A stretch of DNA of 64,000 nucleotides, taken from NCBI RefSeq assembly GCF_009914755.1, contig NC_060925.1; one strand, written 5' to 3'. The first letter of the stretch is position 1. Every line of letters begins with the position of its first letter. Positions 32,201-45,113 of this stretch are shown here, piece after piece. The DNA comes from the human T2T-CHM13v2.0 reference genome, Homo sapiens. The notes beneath the pieces were generated by a model. The model made no database searches and was not told the DNA's origin. It saw only the letters and a list, made by a program, of their open reading frames with translations. The translations under genes and the position numbers were made by a program.

Positions 32201-35200
32201 AAATGGAATCAAAAATAACCATCATCAATTGGTATTGAATGGAATTGTCATCAAATGGAATTCAAAGGAATCATCATCAAATGGAACCGAATGGAATCCT
32301 CATTGAATGGAAATGAAAGGGGTCATCATCTAATGGAATCGCATGGAATCATCATCAAATGGAATCGAATGGAATCATCATCAAATGGAATCTAATGGAA
32401 TCATTGAACAGAATTGAATGGAATGGTCATCGAATGAATTGAATGCAATCATCGAATGGTCTCGAATGGAATCATCTTCTAATGGAAAGGAATGGAATCA
32501 TCGCATAGAATCGAATGGAATTATCATCGAATGGAATCGAATGGTATCAACACCAAACGGAAAAAAACGGAATTATCGAATGGAATCGAAGAGAATCTTC
32601 GAACGGACCCGAATGGAATCATCTAATGGAATGGAATGGAATAATCCATGGACTCGAATGCAATCATCATCGAATGGAATCGAATGGAATCATCGAATGG
32701 ACTCGAATGGAATAATCATTGAACGGAATCGAATGGAATCATCATCGGATGGAAATGAAAGGAGTCATCATCTAATGGAATTGCATGGAATCATCATAAA
32801 ATGGAATCGAGTGGAATCAACATCAAATGGAATCAAATGGAATCATTGAACGGAATTGAATGGAATCGTCATCGAATGAATTGACTGCAATCATCGAATG
32901 GTCTCGGAATCATCTTCAAATGGAATGGAATGAAATCATCGCATAGAATCGAATGGAATTATCATCGAATGGAATCGAATGGAATCAACATCAAACGGAA
33001 AAAAACGGAATTATCGAATGGAATCGAAGAGAATCATCGAATGGACCCGAATGGAATCATCTAATGGAATGGAATGGAATAATCCATGGACTCGAATGCA
33101 ATCATCATCGAATGGAATCGAATGGAATCATCGAATGGACTCGAATGGAATAATCATTGAACGGAATCGAATGGAATCATCATCGGATGGAAATGAATGG
33201 AATCATCATCGAATGGAATCGAATAGAATTATGGAATGAAATCCAGTGTGATCATCATCGAATGGACCCGAATGGAATCATCATCCAACGGAAGCTAAGG
33301 GAATCAACATCGAATGAATCGAATGGAAACACCATCGAATTGAAACGAATGGAATTATCATGAAATTGAAATGGATGGACTCATCATCGAATGGATTCGA
33401 ATGGAATCATCGAATAAAATTGATTGAAATCATCATCGAATGGAATCGAATGGTATCATTGAATGGAATCGAATGGAATCATCATCAGATGGAAATGAAT
33501 GGAATCGTCATAGAATGGAATCGAATGGATTCATTGAATGGAATCAGATGGAATCATCGAATGGACTGGAATGGAATCATTGAATGGACTCGAAAGGGAT
33601 CATGATTGAATGGAATTGAATGGAATCATCGAATGGTCTCGATTGGAATCATTATCAAATGGAATCGAATGGAATCACCGAATAGAATCGAATGGAACAA
33701 TCATCGAATGGACTCAAATGGAATTATCCTCAAATGGAATCGAATGGAATTATCGAATGCAATCGAATGGAATTATCGAATGCAATCGAATAGAATCATC
33801 GAATGGACTCGAATGGAATCATCGAATGGAATGGAATGGAACAGTCAATGAACACGAATGGAATCATCATTGAATGGAATCGAATGGAATCATCGAGTGG
33901 AATCGAATGGAATTATGATCAAATGGAATCGAATGTAATCATCATCAAATGGAATCAAAAATAACCATCATCAATTGGTATTGAATGGAATTGTCATCAA
34001 ATGGAATTCAAAGGAATCATCATCAAATGGAACCGAATGGAATCCTCATTGAATGGAAATGAAAGGGGTCATCATCTAATGGAATCGCATGGAATCATCA
34101 TCAAATGGAATCGAATGGAATCATCATCAAATGGAATCTAATGGAATCATTGAACAGAATTGAATGGAATCGTCATCGAATGAATTGAATGCAATCATCG
34201 AATGGTCTCGAATGGAATCATCTTCTAATGGAAAGGAATGGAATCATCGCATAGAATCGAATGGAATTATCATCGAATGGAATCGAATGGTATCAACACC
34301 AAACGGAAAAAAACGGAATTATCGAATGGAATCGAAGAGAATCTTCGAACGGACCCGAATGGAATCATCTAATGGAATGGAATGGAATAATCCATGGACT
34401 CGAATGCAATCATCATCGAATGGAATCGAATGGAATCATCGAATGGACTCGAATGGAATAATCATTGAACGGAATCGAATGGAATCATCATCGGATGGGA
34501 ACGAATGGAATCATCATCGAATGGAAATGAAAGGAGTCATCATCTAATGCAATTGCATGGAATCATCATCAAATGGAATCGAATGGAATCAACATCAAAT
34601 GGAATCTAATGGAATCATTGAACGGAATTGAATGGAATCGTCATCGAATGAATTGACTGCAATCATCGAATGGTCTCGAATGGAATCATCTTCAAATGGA
34701 ATGGAATGGAATCATCGCATAGAATCGAATGGAATTATCATCGAATGGAATCGAATGGAATCAACATCAAACGGAAAAAAACGGAATTATCGAATGGAAT
34801 CGAAGAGAATCATCGAATGGACCCGAATGGAATCATCTAAAGGAATGGAATGGAATAATCCATGGACTCGAATGCAATCATCATCGAAGGGAATCGAATG
34901 GAATCATCGAATGGACTCGAATGGAATAATCATTGAACGGAATCGAATGGAATCATCATCGGATGGAAATGAATGGAATCATCATCGAATGGAATCGAAT
35001 AGAATTATGGAATGAAATCCAGTGTGATCATCATCGAATGGACCCGAATGGAATCATCATCCAACGGAAGCTAATGGAATCAACATCGAATGAATCAAAT
35101 GGAAACACCATCGAATTGAAACGAATGGAATTATCATGAAATTGAAACGGATGGACTCATCATCGAATGGATTCGAATGGAATCATCGAATAAAATTGAT

Positions 35201-36220
35201 TGAAATCATCATCCAATGCAATCGAATGGTATCATTGAATGGAATCGAATGGAATCATCATCAGATGGAAATGAATGGAATCGTCATAGAATGGAATCGA
35301 ATGGATTCATTGAATGGAATCAGATGGAATCATCGAATGGACTTGAATGGAATCATTGAATGGACTCGAAAGGGATCATGATTGAATGGAATTGAATGGA
35401 ATCATCGAATGGTCTCGATTGGAATCATTATCAAATGGAATCGAATGGAATCACCGAATAGAATCGAATGGAACAATCATCGAATGGACTCAAATGGAAT
35501 TATCCTCAAATGGAATCGAATGGAATTATCAAATGCAATCGAATGGAATTATCGAATGCAATCGAATAGAATCATCGAATGGACTCGAATGGAATCATCG
35601 AATGGAATGGAATGGAACAGTCAATGAACTCGAATGGAATCATCATTGAATGGAATCGAATGGAATCATCGAGTGGAATCGAATGGAATTATGATCAAAT
35701 GGAATCGAATGTAATCATCATCAAATGGAATCAAAAATAACCATCATCAATTGGTATTGAATGGAATTGTCATCAAATGGAATTCAAAGGAATCATCATC
35801 AAATGGAACCGAATGGAATCCTCATTGAATGGAAATGAAAGGGGTCATCATCTAATGGAATCGCATGGAATCATCATCAAATGGAATCGAATGGAATCAT
35901 CATCAAATGGAATCTAATGGAATCATTGAACAGAATTGAATGGAATCGTCATCGAATGAATTGAATGCAATCATCGAATGGTCTCGAATGGAATCATCTT
36001 CTAATGGAAAGGAATGGAATCATCGCATAGAATCGAATGGAATTATCATCGAATGGAATCGAATGGTATCAACACCAAACGGAAAAAAACGGAATTATCG
36101 AATGGAATCGAAGAGAATCTTCGAACGGACCCGAATGGAATCATCTAATGGAATGGAATGGAATAATCCATGGACTCGAATGCAATCATCATCGAATGGA
36201 ATCGAATGGAATCATCGAAT
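29300..36220 (+). repeat. About 3.5-kb two-unit tandem duplication (copies of 3,399 and 3,522 bp)
   Basis: Landmarks at +3522 (29838/33360, 31110/34632, 31614/35136) share GCTAAGGGAA, GAACACGAA, CGAAGGGAA, GAAACGGATG, CCAATGCAA and GGACTTGAA. Confidence 0.82.
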
Positions 36221-36911
36221 GGACTCGAATGGAATAATCATTGAACGGAATCGAATGGAATCATTATCAGATGGAAACGAATGGAATCATCATCGAATGG
36301 AAATGAAAGGAGTCATCATCTAATGGAATTGCATGGAATCATCATAAAATGGAATCGAATGGAATCAACATCAAATGGAATCAAATGGAATCATTGAACG
36401 GAATTGAATGGAATCGTCATCGAATGAATTGACTGCAATCATCGAATGGTCTCGAATGGAATCATCTTCAAATGGAATGGAATGGAATCATCGCATAGAA
36501 TCGAATGGAATTATCATCGAATGGAATCGAATGGAATCAACATCAAACGGAAAAAAACGGAATTATCGAATGGAATCGAAGAGAATCATCGAATGGACCC
36601 GAATGGAATCATCTAATGGAATGGAATGGAATAATCCATGGACTCGAATGCAATCATCATCGAATGGAATCCAATGGAATCATCGAATGGACTCGAATGG
36701 AATAATCATTGAACGGAATCGAATGGAATCATCATCGGATGGAAATGAATGGAATCATCATCGAATGGAATCGAATAGAATTATGGAATGAAATCCAGTG
36801 TGATCATCATCGAATGGACCCGAATGGAATCATCATCCAACGGAAGCTAATGGAATCAACATCGAAAGAATCAAATGGAAACACCATCGAATTGAAACGA
36901 ATGGAATTACC

Positions 36912-38219
36912 ATGAAATTGAAATGGATGGACTCATCATCGAATGGATTCGAATGGAATCATCGAATAAAATTGATTGAAATCATCATCGAATGGAATCG
37001 AATGGTATCATTGAATGGAATCGAATGGAATCATCATCAGATGGAAATGAATGGAATCGTCATAGAATGGAATCGAATGGATTCATTGAATGGAATCAGA
37101 TGGAATCATCGAATGGACTGGAATGGAATCATTGAATGGACTCGAAAGGGATCATGATTGAATGGAATTGAATGGAATCATCAAATGGTCTCGATTGGAA
37201 TCATTATCACATGGAATCGAATGGAATCACCGAATAGAATCGAATGGAACAATCATCGAATGGACTCAAATGGAATTATCCTCAAATGGAATTGAATGGA
37301 ATTATCGAATGCAATCGAATGGAATTATCGAATGCAATCGAATAGAATCATCGAATGGACTCGAATGGAATCATCGAATGGAATGGAATGGAACAGTCAA
37401 TGAACTCGAATGGAATCATCATTGAATGGAATCGAATGGAATCATCGAGTGGAATCGAATGGAATTATGATCAAATGGAATCGAATGTAATCATCATCAA
37501 ATGGAATCAAAAATAACCATCATCAATTGGTATTGAATGGAATTCTCATCAAATGGAATTCAAAGGAATCATCATCAAATGGAGCCGAATGGAATCCTCA
37601 TTGAATGGAAATGAAAGGGGTCATCATCTAATGGAATCGCATGGAATCATCATCAAATGGAATCGAATGGAATCAACATCAAATGGAATCAAATGGAATC
37701 ATTGAACGGAATTGAATGGAATCGTCATCGAATGAATTGGATGCAATCATCGAATGGTCTCGAATGGAATCATCTTCAAATGGAATGGAATGGAATCATC
37801 GCATAGAATCGAATGGAATTATCATCGAATGGAATCGAATGGAATCAACATCAAACGGAAAAAAACGGAATTATCGAATGGAATCGAAGAGAATCATCGA
37901 ATGGACCCGAATGGAATCATCTAATGGAATGGAATGGAATAATCCATGGACTCGAATGCAATCATCATCGAATGGTATCGAATGGAATAATCGAATGGAC
38001 TCGAATGGAATAATCATTGAACGGAATCGAATGGAATCGTCATCGGATGGAAATGAATGGAATCATCATCGAATGGAATCGAATAGAATTATGGAATGAA
38101 ATCCAGTGTGATCATCATCGAATGGACCCGAATGGAATCATCATCCAACGGAAGCTAATGGAATCAACATCGAATGAATCGAATGGAAACACCATCGAAT
38201 TGAAACGAATGGAATTACC
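36912..38219 (+). repeat. Single-module 1,308-bp unit
   Basis: Landmark spacing is 1308 = 1776-468; only one module start (37716). Confidence 0.88.
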
Positions 38220-39023
38220 ATGAAATTGAAATGGATGGACTCATCATCGAATGGATTCGAATGGAATCATCGAATAAAATTGATTGAAATCATCATCGAA
38301 TGGTATCGAATGGTATCATTGAATGGAATCGAATGGAATCATCATCAGATGGAAATGAATGGAATCGTCATAGAATGGAATCGAATGGATTCATTGAACG
38401 GAATCTGATGGAATCATCGAATGGACTGGAATGGAATCATTGAATGGACTCGAAAGGGATCATTATTGAATGGAATTGAATGGAATCATCGAATGGTCTC
38501 GATTGGAATCATTATCACATGGAATCGAATGGAATCACCGAATAAAATCGAATGGAACAATCATCGAATGGACTCAAATGGAATTATCCTCAAATGGAAT
38601 CGAATGGAATTATCGAATGCAATCGAATGGAATTATCGAATGCAATCGAATAGAATCATCGAATGGACTCGAATGGAATCATCGAATGGAATGGAATGGA
38701 ACAGTCAATGAACTCGAATGGAATCATCATTGAATGGAATCGAATGGAATCATCGAGTGGAATCGAATGGAATTATGATCAAATGGAATCGAATATAATA
38801 ATCATCAAATGTAATCAAAAATAACCATCATCAATTGGTACTGAATGGAATTGTCATCAAATGGAATTCAAAGGAATCATCATCAAATGGAACTGAATGG
38901 AATCCTCATTGAATGGAAATGAAAGGGGTCATCATCTAATGGAATCGCATGGAATCATCATCAAATGGAATCGAATGGAATCATCATCAAATGGAATCTG
39001 ATGGAATCATTGAACAGAATTGA

Positions 39024-39638
39024 ATGGAATCGTCATCGAATGAATTGAATGCAATCATCGAATGGTCTCGAATGTAATCACATTCTAATGGAAAGGAATG
39101 GAATCATCGCATAGAATCGAATGGAATTAACATTGAATGGACTCGAATGGAATCAACATCAAACGCAATCAAGCGGAATTATCGAATGGAATCGAAGAGA
39201 ATCATCGAATGGTCTCGAATGGAAGCATCTTCTAATGGAAAGGAATGGAATCATCGCATAGAATCGAATGGAATTAACATTGAATGGACTCGAATGGAAT
39301 CAACATCAAATGGAATCAAGCGGAATTATCGAATGAAATCGAAGAGAATCATCGAATGGACTCGAATGGAATCATCTAATGGAATGGAATGGAATAATCC
39401 ACGGACTCGAATGCAATCATCATCGTATAGAATCGAATGGAATCATCGAATGGACTCGAATGGAATAACCATTGAACGGAATCGAATGGAATCATCATCG
39501 GATGGAAACGAATGGAATCATCATCGAATGGAAATGTAAGGAGTCATCATCTAATGGAATTGCATGGAATCATCATAAAATGGAATCGAATGGAATCATC
39601 ATCAAATGGAATCAAATGGAATCATTGAACGGAATTGA
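39024..39638 (+). repeat. Divergent 615-bp module, copy 4
   Basis: Module starts 39024 and 39639; same diagnostic motifs plus AAATGTAAGG. Confidence 0.87.
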
Positions 39639-42386
39639 ATGGAATCATCATCGAATGAATTGAATGCAATCATCGAATGGTCTCGAATGGAATCATCTTC
39701 AAATGGAATGGAATGGAATCATCGCATAGAATCGAATGGAATTATCATCGAATGGAATCGAATGGTATCAACATCAAACGGAAAAAAACGGAATTATCGA
39801 ATGGAATCGAAGAGAATCTTCGAACGGACCCGAATGGAATCATCTAATGGAATGGAATGGAATAATCCATGGACTCGAATGCAATCATCATCGAATGGAA
39901 TCGAATGGAATCATCGAATGGACTCGAATGGAATAATCATTGAACGGAATCGAATGGAATCATCATCGGATGGAAACGAATGGAATCATCATCGAATGGA
40001 AATGAAAGGAGTCATCACCTAATGCAATTGCATGGAATCATCATCAAATGGAATCGAATGGAATCAACATCAAATGGAATCTAATGGAATCATTGAACAG
40101 AATTGAATGGAATCGTCATCGAATGAATTGACTGCAATCATCGAATGGTCTCGAATGGAATCATCTTCAAATGGAATGGAATGGAATCATCGCATAGAAT
40201 CGAATGGAATTATCATCGAATGGAATCGAATGGAATCAACATCAAACGGAAAAAAATGGAATTATCGAATGGAATCGAAGAGAATCATCGAATGGACCCG
40301 AATGGAATCATCTAATGGAAAGGAATGGAATAATCCATGGACTCGAATGCAATCATCATCGAATGGAATCGAATGGAATCATCGAATGGACTCGAATGGA
40401 ATAATCATTGAACGGAATCGAATGGAATCATCATCGGATGGAAATGAATGGAATCATCATCGAATGGAATCGAATAGAATTATGGAATGAAATCCAGTGT
40501 GATCATCATCGAATGGACCCGAATGGAATCATCATCCAACGGAAGCTAATGGAATCAACATCGAATGAATCAAATGGAAACACCATCGAATTGAAACGAA
40601 TGGAATTACCATGAAATTGAAACGGATGGACTCATAATCGAATGGATTCGAATGGAATCATCGAATAAAATTGATTGAAATCATCATCGAATGGAATCGA
40701 ATGGTATCATTGAATGGAATCGAATGGAATCATCATCAGATGGAAATGAATGGAATCGTCATAGAATGGAATCGAATGGATTCATTGAATGGAATCAGAT
40801 GGAATCATCGAATGGACTGGAATGGAATCATTGAATGGACTCGAAAGGGATCATGATTGAATGGAATTGAATGGAATCATCGAATGGTCTCGATTGGAAT
40901 CATTATCAAATGGAATCGAATGGAATCACCGAATAGAATCGAATGGAACAATCATCGAATGGACTCAAATGGAATTATCCTCAAATGGAATCGAATGGAA
41001 TTATCAAATGCAATCGAATGGAATTATCGAATGCAATCGAATAGAATCATCGAATGGACTCGAATGGAATCATCGAATGGAATGGAATGGAACAGTCAAT
41101 GAACTCGAATGGAATCATCATTGAATGGAATCGAATGGAATCATCGAGTGGAATCGAATGGAATTATGATCAAATGGAATCGAATGTAATCATCATCAAA
41201 TGGAATCAAAAATAACCATCATCAATTGGTATTGAATGGAATTGTCATCAAATGGAATTCAAAGGAATCATCATCAAATGGAACCGAATGGAATCCTCAT
41301 TGAATGGAAATGAAAGGGGTCATCATCTAATGGAATCGCATGGAATCATCATCAAATGGAATCGAATGGAATCATCATCAAATGGAATCTAATGGAATCA
41401 TTGAACAGAATTGAATGGAATCGTCATCGAATGAATTGAATGCAATCATCGAATGGTCTCGAATGGAATCATCTTCTAATGGAAAGGAATGGAATCATCG
41501 CATAGAATCGAATGGAATTATCATCGAATGGAATCGAATGGTATCAACACCAAACGGAAAAAAACGGAATTATCGAATGGAATCGAAGAGAATCTTCGAA
41601 CGGACCCGAATGGAATCATCTAATGGAATGGAATGGAATAATCCATGGACTCGAATGCAATCATCATCGAATGGAATGGAATGGAATCATCGAATGGACT
41701 CGAATGGAATAATCATTGAACGGAATCGAATGGAATCATTATCAGATGGAAACGAATGGAATCATCATCGAATGGAAATGAAAGGAGTCATCATCTAATG
41801 GAATTGCATGGAATCATCATAAAATGGAATCGAATGGAATCAACATCAAATGGAATCAAATGGAATCATTGAACGGAATTGAATGGAATCGTCATCGAAT
41901 GAATTGACTGCAATCATCGAATGGTCTCGAATGGAATCATCTTCAAATGGAATGGAATGGAATCATCGCATAGAATCGAATGGAATTATCATCGAATGGA
42001 ATCGAATGGAATCAACATCAAACGGAAAAAAACGGAATTATCGTATGGAATCGAAGAGAATCATCGAATGGACCCGAATGGAATCATCTAATGGAATGGA
42101 ATGGAATAATCCATGGACTCGAATTCAATCATCATCGAATGGAATCCAATGGAATCATCGAATGGACTCGAATGGAATAATCATTGAACGGAATCGAATG
42201 GAATCATCATCGGATGGAAATGAATGGAATCATCATCGAATGGAATCGAATAGAATTATGGAATGAAATCCAGTGTGATCATCATCGAATGGACCCGAAT
42301 GGAATCATCATCCAACGGAAGCTAATGGAATCAACATCGAATGAATCGAATGGAAACACCATCGAATTGAAACGAATGGAATTATC

Positions 42387-43694
42387 ATGAAATTGAAATG
42401 GATGGACTCATCATCGAATGGATTCGAATGGAATCATCGAATAAAATTGATTGAAATCATCATCGAATGGAATCGAATGGTATCATTGAATGGAATCGAA
42501 TGGAATCATCATCAGATGGAAATGAATGGAATCGTCATAGAATGGAATCGAATGGATTCATTGAATGGAATCAGATGGAATCATCGAATGGACTGGAATG
42601 GAATCATTGAATGGACTCGAAAGGTATCATGATTGAATGGAATTGAATGGAATCATCGAATGGTCTCGATTGGAATCATTATCAAATGGAATCGAATGGA
42701 ATCACCGAATAGAATCGAATGGAACAATCATCGAATGGACTCAAATGGAATTATCCTCAAATGGAATCGAATGGAATTATCGAATGCAATCGAATGGAAT
42801 TATCGAATGCAATCGAATAGAATCATCGAATGGACTCGAATGGAATCATCGAATGGAATGGAATGGAACAGTCAATGAACTCGAATGGAATCATCATTGA
42901 ATGGAATCGAATGGAATCATCGAGTGGAACCGAATGGAATTATGATCAAATGGAATCGAATGTAATCATCATCAAATGGAATCAAAAATAACCATCATCA
43001 ATTGGTACTGAATGGAATTGTCATCAAATGGAATTCAAAGGAATCATCATCAAATGGAACCGAATGGAATCCTCATTGAATGGAAATGAAAGGGGTCATC
43101 ATCTAATGGAATCGCATGGAATCATCACCAAATGGAATCGAATGGAATCATCATCAAATGGAATCTAATGGAATCATTGAACAGAATTGAATGGAATCGT
43201 CATCGAATGAATTGAATGCAATCATCGAATGGTCTCGAATGGAATCATCTTCAAATGGAATGGAATGGAATCATCGCATAGAATCGAATGGAATTATCAT
43301 CGAATGGAATCGAATGGAATCAACATCAAACGGAAAAAAACGGAATTATCGAATGGAATCGAAGAGAATCATCGAATGGACCCGAATGGAATCATCTAAT
43401 GGAATGGAATGGAATAATCCATGGACTCGAATGCAATCATCATCGAATGGAATCGAATGGAATCATCGAATGGACTCGAATGGAATAATCATTGAACGGA
43501 ATCGAATGGAATCATCATCGGATGGAAATGAATGGAATCATCATCGAATGGAATCGAATAGAATTATGGAATGAAATCCAGTGTGATCATCATCGAATGG
43601 ACCCGAATGGAATCATCATCCAACGGAAGCTAATGGAATCAACATCGAATGAATCGAATGGAAACACCATCGAATTGAAACGAATGGAATTACC
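42387..43694 (+). repeat. Single-module 1,308-bp unit
   Basis: Landmark spacing is 1308; only one module start (43191). Confidence 0.88.
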
Positions 43695-44498
43695 ATGAAA
43701 TTGAAATGGATGGACTCATCATCGAATGGATTCGAATGGAATCATCGAATAAAATTGATTGAAATCATCATCGAATGGTATCGAATGGTATCATTGAATG
43801 GAATCGAATGGAATCATCATCAGATGGAAATGAATGGAATCGTCATAGAATGGAATCGAATGGATTCATTGAATGCAATCAGATGGAATCATCGAATGGA
43901 CTGGAATGGAATCATTGAATGGACTCGAAAGGGATCATTTTTGAATGGAATTGAATGGAATCATCGAATGGTCTCGATTGGAATCATTATCACATGGAAT
44001 CGAATGGAATCACCGAATAGAATCGAATGGAACAATCATCGAATGGACTCAAATGGAATTATCCTCAAATGGAATTGAATGGAATTATCGAATGCAATCG
44101 AATGGAATTATCGAATGCAATCGAATAGAATCATCGAATGGACTCGAATGGAATCATCGAATGGAACGGAATGGAACAGTCAATGAACTCGAATGAAATC
44201 ATCATTGAATGGAATCGAATGGAATCATCGAGTGGAATCGAATGGAATTATGATCAAATGGAATCGAATATAATCACCATCAAATGGAATCAAAAATAAC
44301 CATCATCAATTGGTACTGAATGGAATTGTCATCAAATGGAATTCAAAGGAATCATCATCAAATGGAACTGAATGGAATCCTCATTGAATGGAAATGAAAG
44401 GGGTCATCATCTAATGGAATCGCATGGAATCATCATCAAATGGAATCGAATGGAATCATCATCAAATGGAATCTGATGGAATCATTGAACAGAATTGA

Positions 44499-45113
44499 AT
44501 GGAATCGTCATCGAATGAATTGAATGCAATCATCGAATGATCTCGAATGTAATCACATTCTAATGGAAAGGAATGGAATCATCGCATAGAATCGAATGGA
44601 ATTAACATTGAATGGACTCGAATGGAATCAACATCAAACGGAATCAAGCGGAATTATCGAATGGAATCGAAGAGAATCATCGAATGGTCTCGAATGGAAG
44701 CATCTTCTAATGGAAAGGAATGGAATCATCGCATAGAATCGAATGGAATAAACATTGAATGGACTCGAATGGAATCAACATCAAATGGAATCAAGCGGAA
44801 TTATCGAATGAAATCGAAGAGAATCATCGAATGGACTCGAATGGAATCATCTAATGGAATGGAATGGAATAATCCACGGACTCGAATGCAATCATCATCG
44901 TATAGAATCGAATGGAATCATCGAATGGACTCGAATGGAATAACCATTGAACGGAATCGAATGGAATCATCATCGGATGGAAACGAATGGAATCATCATC
45001 GAAGGGAAATGTAAGGAGTCATCATCTAATGGAATTGCATGGAATCATCATAAAATGGAATCGAATGGAATCATCATCAAATGGAATCAAATGGAATCAT
45101 TGAACGGAATTGA
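44499..45113 (+). repeat. Divergent 615-bp module, copy 5
   Basis: Module starts 44499 and 45114; same diagnostic motifs. Confidence 0.87.
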
